A stretch of 64,000 nucleotides of DNA from Macrostomum lignano (Eukaryota), in NCBI GenBank assembly GCA_002269645.1, contig NIVC01002838.1, positions 72,315 to 136,314 on the forward strand, written 5' to 3'. This document shows, one piece after another, positions 38,426 through 51,185 of this stretch. The notes below the pieces were generated by a model, which was given only the letters and a program-made list of their open reading frames with translations, did no database searches and was not told the DNA's origin. Position 1 is the stretch's first letter, and the number at the start of each line of letters is the position of its first letter. The translations under genes and the position numbers were made by a program.

Positions 38426-38799
38426 AGATGACAAGAGTTTAGGGGCAGCAATAATGTATAAAACGGATTTTCACTCGGCACAATCCTGCGCACTTTTTCC
38501 CAGCCATCACGAATAAACTTGTAAGCTGAAGAAAATTGATTTTCGTTCAAAGCTGAGCCGGCAATCAGCGAGAATTCATCAAAGCAAGAGGCAAATCAAA
38601 TGGTCAATTCGGAGCCGAATGAAAGATGGGCAAGAGAAAAGGAAAGAAAAAATAAATCTGAATGAATTTTGGCACCGGAGCGGCAGCACCCCAGTCAGCA
38701 GCTCTGGGAGGGTGCTGGGGAACTGGCGGTGCCCTACATTTCACTCCACATTTCATGGATTGCAATGTCTTAAAGCCTTATGTCGAGTGACGCGTGGAG

Positions 38800-39565
38800 A
38801 GAAAGGGGGGCGAAGAGAGGGCGGAGGGCGGAGAGAGGGCGGATATGGGTGGAGGATTTCCGGAGAAAGGGGCGGAGAGAGGGGGCGGCGGAGAGAGGGG
38901 CGGAGAGAGGACGGAGAGAGGGGCGGGGAGAGGGCGGAGAGAGGGGCGGAGAGAGGGCGGAGGAAGAGGGCGGAGAGAGGGTCGGAGAGAGATGGGTGGA
39001 GAGAGAGGCGGAGAGAGGGGCGGAAAGAGGGGCGGAAAGAGGGGCGGAAAGAGGGGCGGAGAGAGGGGCGGAGAGAGAGGCGGAAAGAGGGGCGAAGAGA
39101 GGGGCGGAGAGGGGGGCGGAGAGAGGGGCGGAGAGAGATGGGCGGAGAGAGGGGCGGAGAAAGGGGCCGAGAGAGGGGCGGAGAGAGAAGCGGAGAGAGA
39201 TGGGCGGAGAGAGAGGCGGAGAGAGGGGCGGAGAGAGGGGCGGAGAGGGGGGCGGAGAGAGGGGCGGAGAGAGATGGGCGGAGAGAGGGGCGGAGAAAGG
39301 GGCCGAGAGAGGGGCGGAGAGAGAAGCGGAGAGAGATGGGCGGAGAGAGAGGCGGAGAGAGGGGCGGAGAGAGAGTCGGAGAGAGGGGCGGAAAGAGGGG
39401 CGGAGAGAGGGGCGGAGAGAGGGGGCGGCGGAGAGAGAGGCGGAGTGAGGGGCGGAGAGAGGGGCGGAGAGAGGGGCGGAGAGAGGGGCGGAGAGAGAAG
39501 CGGAGAGAGGGGCGGAGAGAGGGGCGGAGAGAGGGGGTGGAGAGAGGGGGCAGCGGAGAGAGAGG
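38800..39565. repeat. 12-bp G-rich minisatellite (GAGAGGGGCGGA)
   Basis: Tandem units visible directly. Confidence 0.93.
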
Positions 39566-39852
39566 CGGCTATAGCAGATAAAGGGATGCGAATAGCACTG
39601 GAGCAGGCATAAACAGGATTGAGTTTGGTACGCGGCAGCGCATTCCGGAGGTATAAAAACGGGCAGGTAAAAAGCCCGCCTAATCAACAGGCACTGAATG
39701 CTTTCTGTTCTAGCAAGCAGACAGCGGATTAAAAGACAGAAAATTATTTTTTCCATGCTAAATGCGCTCCCATGCAATTGACAGCCTCGTGGAGAGCTAT
39801 AAGCGTCGCATTTGATGAAACACAAACCCCGGAGCGCGAAAGGATGAGCTGG

Positions 39853-39877
39853 AGAGAGAAAGAGAGAGAGAGAGAGA

Positions 39878-39925
<48 letters not shown>
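39853..39925. repeat. (GA)n microsatellite
   Basis: Directly visible. Confidence 0.9.
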
Positions 39926-39927
<2 letters not shown>

Positions 39928-40524
39928 CAGACAGACAGCGTTTGAATTTGCGCCATAAGCGAGGCATCAATTGACAATTTGAGCAATTTTGAGTTGCTAC
40001 GCCAGAGAGTGCATCTGCACTTCCGCTCTTTAGGGAATTCGAGCTGCTCAGCTCAGTACGACGGGATGTTTCGAGTGAATGGCACAGGAAATTTTAAAAA
40101 AAGCCTGGCTTGCTTTAAAACGTCAGCTAGCATTGCTGGGTGGTGGAGGCGGCTTTGTTTTTTTGCACGGAGCGATTTCATGAAGTTGAGAAAGAAGCTG
40201 ATGATGGGAAGCCATGCGCCCGGCCCCCAGACTCTCTATTGTTCTGCCAGTTGCATTCAAAAAAATTTTTCTGATCCCTGCATTCTCGCTTTTATGATGG
40301 ACCGATGGGTGAAAATGGGGATGTTTGTCGGGAGCACAGAACTGAAGGCAAACTTTTAGTAGCATGATGATGGGATGATGGAGAATGGTTGGGTTGAGAG
40401 AGGAGCGAAGTTCCAACTAAAGTTGAGTACAGTAAAGTAGAGAGTATCTTAGTAAGAAATGTAAAAAAAGATTTAGATTACAGTAGAGTAGACTTCAGTA
40501 GAGTAGAGTGGTGTAAAGTAGAGC

Positions 40525-41770
40525 AGAGGGCAGTAGAGTAGAGAGTAGAGGGCAGTAGACTAAAGAGTAGAGGGCAGTAGACTAGAGAGTAGAGGGCAGT
40601 AGACTAGAGAGTAGAGGGCAGTAGACTAGAGAGTAGAGGGCAGTAGAGAGTAGAGGGCAGTAGAGTAGAGAGTAGAGGGCTGTAGAGAGTAGAGGGCAGT
40701 AGAGAGTAGAGGGCAGTAGAGAGTAGAGGGCAGTAGAGTAGAGAGTAGAGGGCAGTAGACTAGAGAGTAGAGGGCAGTAGAGAGTAGAGGGCAGTAGAGT
40801 AGAGAGTAGAGGGCAGTAGAGAGTAGAGGGCAGTGGAGAGTAGAGGGCAGTAGACTAGAGAGTAGAGGGCAGTAGACTAGAGAGTAGAGGGCAGTAGAGA
40901 GTAGAGGGCAGTAGAGTAGAGAGAAGAGGGCAGTAGACTAGAGAGTAGAGGGCAGTAGACTAGAGAGTAGAGGGCAGTAGACTAGAGAGTAGAGGGCAGT
41001 AGACTAGAGAGTAGAGGGCAGTAGAGAGTAGAGGGCAGTAGAGAGTAGAGGGCAGTAGACTAGAGAGTAGAGGGCAGTAGACTAGAGAGTAGAGGGCAGT
41101 AGAGAGTAGAGGGCAGTAGAGAGTAGAGGGCAGTAGACAGTAGACTAGAGTAGAGGGCAGTAGAGTAAAGAGTAGAGGGCAGTAGACTAGAGAGAAGAGG
41201 GCAGTAGACTAGAGAGTAGAGGGCAGTAGACTAGAGAGTAGAGGGCAGTAGACTAGAGAGTAGAGGGCAGTAGACTAGAGAGTAGAGGGCAGTAGAGAGT
41301 AGAGGGCAGTAGACTAGAGAGTAGAGGGCAGTAGACTAGAGAGTAGAGGGCAGTAGAGTAAAGAGTAGAGGGCAGTAGACTAGAGAGAAGAGGGCAGTAG
41401 ACTAGAGAGTAGAGGGCAGTAGACTAGAGAGTAGAGGGCAGTAGACTAGAGAGTAGAGGGCAGTAGACTAGAGAGTAGAGGGCAGTAGAGAGTAGAGGGC
41501 AGTAGACTAGAGAGTAGAGGGCAGTAGACTAGAGAGTAGAGGGCAGTAGAGAGTAGAGGGCAGTAGACTAGAGAGTAGAGGGCAGTAGACTAGAGAGTAG
41601 AAGGCAGTAGAGTAGAGAGTAGAGGGCAGTAGACTAGAGAGAAGAGGGCAGTAGACTAGAGAGTAGAGGGCAGTAGAGTAGAGAGTAGAGGGCAGTAAAC
41701 TAGAGAGAAGAGGGCAGTAGACTAGAGAGTAGAGGGCTGTAGAGAGTAGAGGACAGTAGAGAGTAGAATA
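40525..41770. repeat. 22-bp minisatellite (AGTAGAGGGCAGTAGACTAGAG)
   Basis: Tandem units with 17-bp deletion variants. Confidence 0.95.
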
Positions 41771-42349
41771 GAGGGTAGCCGTGGGCAGGAGTCAACAGCA
41801 GATTTCAGTCAGTCAGTGGGCATTTTCATCACAGTTCCAGTTGAAGGTCAAAGTGAGCCTGACAGAGTGCTTCAGTGCACTGTTGTCATCAGTAGTTGCA
41901 AATGCGCAGAGCGCAGGCCAAGTTTAAACAGAAACGAATTTGTGATAAACGGAGGGAGGTTTTTGTTTAGCTGAAACCCTTGCCAAGTTATACCGAGAAT
42001 ACTTAAGCGAAGGTTATTTTCCATTTAGCCGGTAGCTGGAACAGTTGTGTATTAGAATTTATTCTTTATTTTATAGCAGGATATGAGGAAGACCCTGCAC
42101 TGCAGTTTCGCGAAGCCAAGCGTATGAAGGAAGTCCCGCCTTTGTCAGATGGCGGCTGGTAAATTTGTTTTGTAAAATAGGGAAATTATCTAGTAGAAGG
42201 GATTAATCCTGTGATTGGACCACGCCCTTGCTTAATCCTGGATCTCCGTAGAGAAGATTTTTATTAACTGATTACAAATCGGGAGTTACTCCAGCCGATA
42301 GCGCAAAAAAAGTTTAGATTTTATAATATCCAGACACTCGTAGATAGAA

Positions 42350-43080
42350 GGCCGTCTGGGTATCTAGAAGAGTGTCTGAGTATCTCCAAGGGTTTCTGGG
42401 TATCTAGAAAACCGTCTGGGTATATAGAGAAGTGTCTATTATCTATAATTATGTCTAGGTATCTAGAAGAGTGTCTGGGTATATAGATGAGTTTCTGGGT
42501 ATCTAGATGAGTGTCTGGGTATCTAGATGAGTCTCTGGGTATCTAGAATGGTATCTTGCTATCAAAATGATACCTATAAATCTAGAAGGGTCTATAGGTA
42601 TTTAGAAAAGTGTCTGGGTATCTAGACGAGTGTCTGGGTATCTAGACGAGTGTCTGGGTATCTAGACGAGTTTTTGGGTATCAAGAGGAGTCTCTGGGTA
42701 TCCACAAGGGTATCTGGATATTTAGTAAGGTTGGTGGGTATTTAAAAAGGTTTATGGGTACCCAGGAGGGTGTGCGGTTATCCAGAAGTCTGTCTGGGTA
42801 GCTAAAAATGTGTCTGGGTATTTAGAGGAATGTTTGGGATCTGGGTATCCAGAAGGGTGTCTATGTGTCTAGAAGGGTGTCCAGAAGGGTGTTTGGGTAT
42901 CCAGAAGGGTGTGTGTCTGGGTATCCAGAAGGGTGTCTGGGTATCCAGAAGGGTGTCTGGGTATCCAGAAGGGTGTCTGGGTATCCAGAATGGTGTCTGG
43001 GTATCCAGAAGGGTGTCTGGGTATCCAGAAGGGTGTCTGGGTATCCAGTAGGGTGTCTGGATGTCTAGAAGGGTGTCTGA
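42350..43080. repeat. 20-bp minisatellite (GGGTATCCAGAAGGGTGTCT), degenerate on the left
   Basis: Tandem units visible directly. Confidence 0.88.
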
Positions 43081-43155
43081 GGCCCTTGAAATGAGATTAG
43101 AAGCATCTGTAACAGCACCAGTGATTTCATACGAGGCAATCAATGCTGCATTTAC

Positions 43156-43380
43156 CTTCGCCAACTATTCGACTCGTGCCGTTCATTGGGGCAGCGGCGG
43201 CTCCACCCGCCGAGATGCCGGCCACTCGGGGCAGGTTGATTTGCTTCTTGGCCTCCCGGCCTGGCGTGAGCTGTCTCGGCGCTGGCTGCACCTGCAGGAT
43301 CCGAGCTGCCTGACCGGGCGATGCGGCTGCCCCGGCGCTGCGCTGTTGTGCGGGTGGGCGATTGGATGAGCGATTGACAG
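43156..43380 (-). CDS. Candidate upstream exon of PDE1 (75 codons, low complexity)
   Basis: GC-rich open frame bounded by CACCAG and GAAG|GTAAAT; its phase-1 end is compatible with the phase-1 start of exon 30583; no homology evidence. Confidence 0.4.
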
Positions 43381-43509
43381 CTGGTGAACTTATCATAGTA
43401 GGGGGCTGGTTAGCTTAGTAGTTGTGGGCGAGCGCGGGAATGAGGAGTGGCGCTTTTGTGACTCCGGCGCCACACTGACACACCTGAATTCGCGTCAGAA
43501 CGACAGCTG

Positions 43510-44340
43510 ATGTGGCGCCACAATGCCATGAAAGGTTGGCACCACAGTGACATAAAAGATTGGCGCCACAGTGACATACAGGAGTTGGCGCCACAATGCC
43601 ATGAAAGATTGGCGCCACAATGACATAAAAGATTGGCGCCACAGTGACATACAGGAGTTGGCGCCACAATGCCATGAAAGATTGGCGCCACAATGATATA
43701 AAAGATAGGTGCCACAATGCCATGAAAGATTGGCGCCACAATGATATAAAAGATAGGTGCCACAATGCCATGAAAGATTGGCGCCACAGTGACACACAGG
43801 ATTTGGCGCCACAGTGACACGACACACAGGAGTTAGCGCCACAATGACATAAAAGATTGGCGCCACAGTGACATACAGGAGTTGGCGCCACAATGCCATG
43901 AAATATTGGCGCCACAATGATATAAAAGATAGGCGCCACAATGCCATGAAAGATTGGCGCCACAGTGACACGACACACAGGAGTTAGCGCCACAATGACA
44001 TAAAAGATTGGCGCCACAATGATATAAAAGAGTGGCGCCACAATTCCACTTAAGATTGGCGCCAGAGTGACACACAGGAGTTGGCGCCACAATGTCATGA
44101 AAGAGTGGCGCCACAATGCCATGAAAGATTGGCGCCACAGTGACACACAGGATGTGGCGCCACAATGCCATGAAAGATTGGCGCCACAGTGACACACAGG
44201 AGTTGGCGCCACAGTGACACACAGGAGTTGGCGCCACAATGACATTAAAGATCGGCGCCACAATGCCATGAGAGATTGGCGTCACAATGACATTAAAGAT
44301 TGGCGCCACAGTGACATCTGATGTGGCGCCACAATGACAC
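43510..44340. repeat. 24-bp minisatellite (TGGCGCCACAATGCCATGAAAGAT and variants)
   Basis: Tandem units with a GGCGCC core. Confidence 0.93.
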
Positions 44341-44751
44341 TTAAGACGCGCTATTTTTCCTGCTTTCTAATTTCTAGTAACTATCTGTATAAATATGAGT
44401 ACTCAAGAGGCCGCAGCTGAAGCCTCGCGGATGCAGGAGTGCAGGATTTCAGCAAGGAGATTTGGGAAATGGTGGGGGGAAGCAGGAAAAATGAAGAGCA
44501 GGAAATTAGTAGCGCTACGCTACTAGGGGAAGAGGAAGCCTTTGTAAAACTGAAAGGCATTGTGTAGCAGCACGCCCGGGTTTCGTATTATAATTAATAA
44601 GGCTCGGAGGCTCAAGCTCAGACAGTGAAAGAGAAACCAACTCATAACTCTCAGTTCTGTCACCACAGCGGCGTTAGATATGTACAATATTGAAGAGGAT
44701 CCTTTCTGCGTGTGCATCAGGCTTTCACCTGCTTGACTGAGTCAATATCTT

Positions 44752-45108
44752 TTTCAATGCTTTTGAATTCACCTGGTGCCACTATAAGGACCTTCGTCGG
44801 GCGCCACTATAAGGACCTTCGTCTGGCGCCACTATAAGGACCTTCATCTGGCGCCACTATAAGGACCTTCGTCTGGCGCCACTATAAGGACCTTCGTCTG
44901 GCGCCACTATAAGGACCTTCGTCTGGCGCCACTATAAGGACCTTCACCTGGTGCCACTATAAGAACCATCGTCTGGCGCCACTATAAGGACCTTCGTCTG
45001 GCGCCACTATAAGGACCTTCACCTGGTGCCACTATAAGAACCATCGTCTGGCGCCACTATAAGGACCTTCGTCTGGCGCCACTATAAGGACCTTCGTCTG
45101 GCGCCACT
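44752..45108. repeat. 25-bp minisatellite (GGCGCCACTATAAGGACCTTCGTCT)
   Basis: About 14 units. Confidence 0.93.
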
Positions 45109-45889
45109 CAAGAATCTTAAAAATCCAAGCTACCTAATAAGAAATTTTGGTGCTACTAAAAGTAAAATTACATGAATTTTCTGTTTACAAACCCATCAAC
45201 AAGATGTGCTTTTATATAACAAAAATAGTTGTACAATACAAGATGCTGTGTATTATTTTTAAAGCGAGAACTTACCAGTTAGATGAATTATTTACTTCTG
45301 ACCTACTGGGCAACAGGCAAAATGCTGTATAAGTTCTTTCTCGATATTATTTCTTCTAACGTTTTAATCTGTCGTGCAGAATTGAAGAGCAACTGATTTT
45401 TGCATAAGGTAGTGTCGTCACTCGCTCCAAACCTCAAACTCATGCACCCCAGCTGTTGGCGGTGAGTAACTTTACAAACCTACACAAGTCGTTACCAGCT
45501 TAAGAGCTGTGGTCGGGGTCTGTCACACACACTGACGACCAATCGGGTTGCAGTACAGAGTGTAGGCTTAAATACTTTAACAGAATTTCTTTTGCGTAGG
45601 GTGTTTGTTGAGCTACTATAATAAGTTCTGCACACACAGACAGGCATGCACTGAGAGGGAATTGGAATATATTGATTTGCATTGGTTGGAATCGTACATT
45701 AGCCAACGAGACAGAACTCTGACTGACTGACTGCTCAGTCCCAAAACAGCCACTTGGAAATGGTCAAAATCAATGTACGTTGATTAAATTGTAGAAAAGC
45801 ACAAACTATTAGGGTGGGAGTTCAAAATCTACTTTAAATCGGTGTTTTTTATGGACTGTCTTCAGCGCATTACCTCGTAGGGACACAAG

Positions 45890-47055
45890 ATTGGCGCTCT
45901 ATGATCAATAAGACTGACGCTCTATGATCAATAAGACTGGCGCTCTATGATCAATAAGATTGGCGCTCTATGATCAATAAGACTGGCGCTCTATGATCAA
46001 TAAGACTGGCGCTCTATGATCAATAAGACTGGTGCTCTATGATCAATAAGACTGGCGCTCTATAATCAATAAGACTGGCGCTCTATGATCAATAAGACTG
46101 GCGCTCTATAATCAATAAGACTGGCGCTCTATGATCAATAAGACTGGTGCTCTATGATCAATAAGACTGGCGCTCTATGATCAATGAGATTTGCGCTCTA
46201 TGATCAATAGGATTGGCGCTCTATGATCAATAAGATTGGCGTCCCATGATCAATAAGATTGGCGCTCTATGATCAATAAGACTGGCGCTCTATGATCAAT
46301 AGGATTGGCGCTCTATGATCAATGAGATTGGTGCTCTATGATCAATAAGATTGGCTCTCTATGATCAATAAGATTGGAGCTTTATGATCAATAAGATTGG
46401 CGCTCTATGTTCAAAAAGATTAACGCTCTATAATCAATACGATTGGCGCCCAACGATCAATAAGACTGGTGCTCTATGATCAATAAGATTGGCGCTCTAT
46501 GATCAATAGGATTGGCGCTCTATGATCAATAAGATTGGTGCTCTATGATCAATAAGATTGGCTCTCTATGATCAATAAGATTGGAGCTTTATGATCAATA
46601 AGATTGGCGCTCTATGTTCAAAAAGATTAACGCTCTATAATCAATACGATTGGCGCCCAACGATCAATAAGACTGGTGCTCTATGATCAATAAGATTGGC
46701 GCTCTATGATCAATAAGATTGGCGCTCTATGATCAATAAGATTGGCGCTCTATGATCAATAAGATTGGCGCTCTATGATCAATAAGATTGGCGTCCCATG
46801 ATCAATAAGATTGGCGCTCTATGATCAATAAGACTGGCGCTCTATGATCAATAAGACTGGCGCTCTATGATAAATAAAATTGGCGCTCTATGATCAATAA
46901 GATTGGCGCTCTATGATCAATAAGATTGATGCTCTATGGTCAATAAGATTGGAGCTTTATGATCAATAAGATTGGCGCTCTATGATCAATAAGATTGGCG
47001 CTCTATGATCAATCGGATTGGCGCTCTATGATCAATAAGATTGGCGCTCTATGAT
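45890..47055. repeat. 23-bp minisatellite (TGGCGCTCTATGATCAATAAGAT)
   Basis: About 50 units. Confidence 0.95.
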
Positions 47056-47469
47056 CATTAAGATTGTGACCCCGTTCTGAGGAAACCATTTGTAACTGCA
47101 TGGGTTGAGAGTAAATTTTGAGAGCAAGTCTTTCGAAAATTTACACAGCAACAAGAGCAAGCACGTGTTTGAACAAAAAGCAATCTTCCATGGGTGCCTG
47201 AACTCCTCTTCGATTGCTCCTGCAGGTCCTGTGCCATTTGATCTCCCTACTCTGAGGATTCCGCGAGCCACTCCTTTGATCTGTCGCTACTTGTTGCTGA
47301 GCGGTTATTAAAAATAATGAAAACGCGCTGCTCAAGCCACGAAAGCGAAGTACTTTTTGAGCTGAATTCACTGCAGTTCAGTTTACTCACTTGGGGCGTT
47401 GCTCAAACCACTGCTTTTACTAAGAATACTCAGCATGAAACTGGCTGAGTACATTTGCTTATGAGCATG

Positions 47470-47553
47470 GCTGTCTGCCTGCCTGTCTGTCTGTATGTCT
47501 GTCTGTCTGTCTGTCTGTCTGTCTTTCTGTCTTTCTGTCTGTCTGTCTGTCTT

Positions 47554-47596
<43 letters not shown>

Positions 47597-47597
47597 T

Positions 47598-47644
<47 letters not shown>

Positions 47645-47665
47645 TTCTGTCTGTCTGTCTGTCTT

Positions 47666-47712
<47 letters not shown>

Positions 47713-47713
47713 T

Positions 47714-47744
<31 letters not shown>

Positions 47745-47867
47745 TTCTGTCTTTCTGTCTGTCTGTCTGTCTTTCTGTCTGTCTGTCTGTCTGTCTGTCT
47801 GCCTGTCTTTCTGTCTTTCTGTCTGTCTGTCTGTCTTTCTGTCTGTCTGCCTGTCTGTCTGTCTGCC

Positions 47868-47944
<77 letters not shown>

Positions 47945-47947
47945 TAG

Positions 47948-47984
<37 letters not shown>

Positions 47985-48029
47985 GTCTGTCTGTCTGTCT
48001 GTCTGTCTTAGTGTCTGTCTGTCTGTCTT

Positions 48030-48090
<61 letters not shown>
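47470..48090. repeat. (TGTC)n microsatellite
   Basis: Directly visible. Confidence 0.95.
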
Positions 48091-48091
<1 letters not shown>

Positions 48092-48409
48092 GTATTGCTG
48101 CATTGACAACCGAAATTAATGCCCGAGAGCCATCAGTCATGGGGACTCACATCAGTCAAAGGCAGGCTTGGCACCCCATTGCTGTTCCCCGGCTGCTCAG
48201 TTGATGATGAGGCTCGGTAGACGCAGCTTCCAAGACGGATGGCCTCGCCTGAGGTGATAAAATTGGACCAGAGAGTCTGTGGCGAGTGTGTGCTGTCACA
48301 CCTGCCTTACCCCCACCTACCTCACTAGCTACAAAGAATGTACCTGCTTTACTAACGTCAAGGTCTACTTTTCTGTCTTTACATCTACCAAGTCTGCACC
48401 GCTTGGATG

Positions 48410-48800
48410 CTGCTCTGTCTACCTCACCAGCTAGTCTGCCAACCTCAGTAGCTCCCCTGCCTACCTTACTAGAGCACCCCTGTCTACCTCACTAGAGCTC
48501 CCGTGTCTACCTCAGTAGCTCCCCTGTCTACCTCACTAGCTCCCGTGTCTACCTCACTAGCTCCCGTGTCTACCTCACTACCTCCCGTGTCTACCTCACT
48601 AGCTCCCCTGTCTACCTCACTAGCTCCGCTCCCGTGTCTACCTCACTAGCTCCCATGTCTACCTCACTAGCTCCCCTGTCTACCTCACTACCTCCCGTGT
48701 CTACCTGACTAGCTCCCTGTCTACCTCACTAGCTCCCTGTCTACCTCACTAGCTCCCTGTCTACCTCACTAGCTCCTGTGTCTATCTCATAGCTCCCGTG
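48410..48800. repeat. 21-bp minisatellite (CTACCTCACTAGCTCCCCTGT)
   Basis: Tandem units visible directly. Confidence 0.88.
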
Positions 48801-49578
48801 TCCATTTACTAAAACCGAACAACTGAACATCCCGATGAACTTTTCCGCATAAGCCAGCCCAGCCAGACTTACCCAATCGGTTCCGTTTATCTCTGTAGGC
48901 AATTCTAATGCTATTAAAGTCTCGCCGACCCTGGTACAGGTCCATATCTACAAATACCAATAATAACTCGCGGCTAACAAAAGTAACTATATTATTCTCT
49001 GTTAACTCTCCGTGTGGGAAAGTTTGCCAATGAAAGGAAAAAATTACTTGTCTATACAGCGCCGAAAGCAAATGTTCTCAAACTATTAAAGTCAGCTTGA
49101 AGCAAACATTGCAGCAAAAAAGAAATCTGCACGCCCCCCTACTCCCCCAGTTTTTCAATTCTGTTTCTACCCAGCAAAGTGCATTCGAGCCGAGCCAACG
49201 AGAGCCAAGCAACCGCCGAGGCAGCAAAGAAACTGCAAAGCAAAAAAATGAGAAGAAAAAAACGATTAAGTTTTTGCCAACTCTCACCCCCCTCTCTCGC
49301 TGTGCGCAGGTCACGCGGGGTGAGGGCTAGCGGCGCTGTGCAGTACTGCTCAAACTGAATTCCTACACAGCTCACTCAACCATATTTATTGTTCAACTGT
49401 GTACATCATTCCTCTGACAATATTTCTTTGCACAAGAAGCCAAGGCTGACAAATGGTCAACTCAAAATTCATTTCTTATCTCTGCTGTTAGCGGGCCCCA
49501 CCCCGTTAGCCAAGCAACCGGTCTGTCAGTTTGCCAAGCTGCACTGTGCGACCCACTGTGCAATTGCAGGGCTTTATA

Positions 49579-50574
49579 CGAGGGGTGTCCAAAAAGTAGT
49601 GATACTTTTAACCGTAGCTCTCGTTCTGTAGCTTCCTGTGATTTAAAATTTTATGAACTGATAGCGGAAAATCTCTTCTACAGACTGCTTTTTGAATTTT
49701 TAAAATTGATACCAGAGAACAAAAGTTATACCCACAAAAGTAACAGTACCTGTACCATAGAGTTACACAAATTATAGGCTGAGCTTCACGAGATCCATGC
49801 CGAGTAAGCTTCGATGAATTGTTGATTTCGGCTTGTCCAACCTGTCAGCGATCTCTCTAATGGTCATTCGGGAGTCCTCGTCAAGAAGATTCAGAATGGA
49901 GTCCGCCAGTACATCAGGTCGATGAACGTATGGCCGCCCCGTCCAATGCTGATCTGCCAAGTCAATCCTTCCCTCGCTGAACTGCTCCATCCATCGATAA
50001 ACTGTCATTTTGCTGACCGCAGAGGATCCGTGCGCAGAGCAAAGTTTTGCGTGAATTTCTGAGGCACCATGGCCAGCGCCCCAAAGAGTGAAGATAGTAC
50101 TTTGCTGAGCAACAACTGAGTGCACATTCATGTGTGTTGTCGAGTATGGGCAATGAAATCATGAACGAATCGCAAAATGCAAGCGATCCTCTGTTTGCAA
50201 GTAAAGTAATGCATTTAATGCTTTATTTTTCTGCGCCTGATCCCGCGTCCATAGACAAATTTCAGTCAGTCACAGTGAGCATCATTTTGCAATTGGGGTT
50301 TGGTATTGCTTAAACAAGACATTTATCGATGCCTTCTTAATGAATGAGTGCAGAAGTCAACTATTATAAATTTCGATATAATTTGTGTAACTCTATGGTA
50401 CAGGTACTGTTACTTTCGTGGGTATAACTTTTGTTCTCTAGTATCAATTTTAAAAATTCAAAAAGCAGTCTGTAGAAGAGATTTTCCGCTATCAGTTCAT
50501 AAAATTTTAAATCACAGGAAGCTACAGAACGAGAGCTACGGTTAAAAGTATCACTACTTTTTGGACACCCCTCG
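49579..50574 (-). mobile_element. Non-autonomous mariner/Tc1-family DNA transposon, 996 bp, 198-bp TIRs, TA target duplication
   Basis: TA|CGAGGGGTGTCCAAAAAG at 49577 and CTTTTTGGACACCCCTCG|TA at 50576; 49579-49776 is the reverse complement of 50377-50574 with 2 mismatches seen; internal truncated transposase. Confidence 0.92.
49772..50131 (-). pseudogene. Truncated mariner transposase (N-terminal HTH DNA-binding domains only, 119 aa)
   Basis: GASEIHAKLCSAHGSSAVSKMTVYRWMEQF...TGRP...LLDEDSRMTIREIADRL...STIHR; ends before the WVPH linker and the DD34D domain. Confidence 0.85.
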
Positions 50575-50754
50575 TAGTTTCTGTTTGCTTGGGCAATGAT
50601 TTGAGCAGTCCAATTGTGTGGCTACTCTGTGCTCAGCAAGGTGTCACGCTTAAGATGGTGTTAAAGCGGGTGGGAGGCTGGTTGGTCAGAAACTGAGAAC
50701 AGATTTTTTCCGTCGCGAGGGGCGACACGGAAGCAAAAAAGAATGAACTGATGA

Positions 50755-50813
50755 AAGAAAAGATAGATAGATAGATAGATGAATAGATGGATAGATAGAT
50801 AGATGGATAGATG

Positions 50814-50884
<71 letters not shown>

Positions 50885-50906
50885 GAATAGATAAATAGAT
50901 AGATAC

Positions 50907-50966
<60 letters not shown>

Positions 50967-50977
50967 ATGGATAGATG

Positions 50978-51014
<37 letters not shown>

Positions 51015-51015
51015 G

Positions 51016-51069
<54 letters not shown>

Positions 51070-51081
51070 AATGGATAGATG

Positions 51082-51141
<60 letters not shown>

Positions 51142-51185
51142 GATAGATACATAGATAGATAGATAGATAGATAGATAGTAGATAG
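50755..51185. repeat. (ATAG)n microsatellite
   Basis: Directly visible; a short second tract lies at ~51310-51360. Confidence 0.95.

Noticed and set aside
34784-38550. 1216-aa and 1204-aa ORFs and many short ERW/MAAE ORFs
   Set aside because: They are translations of the 23-bp minisatellite; one strand of a purine-rich repeat has no stop codons by composition.
46444-46456. TGGCGCCCAACG resembling a tRNA-Lys primer binding site
   Set aside because: It is a variant unit of the 23-bp minisatellite with no LTR beside it.
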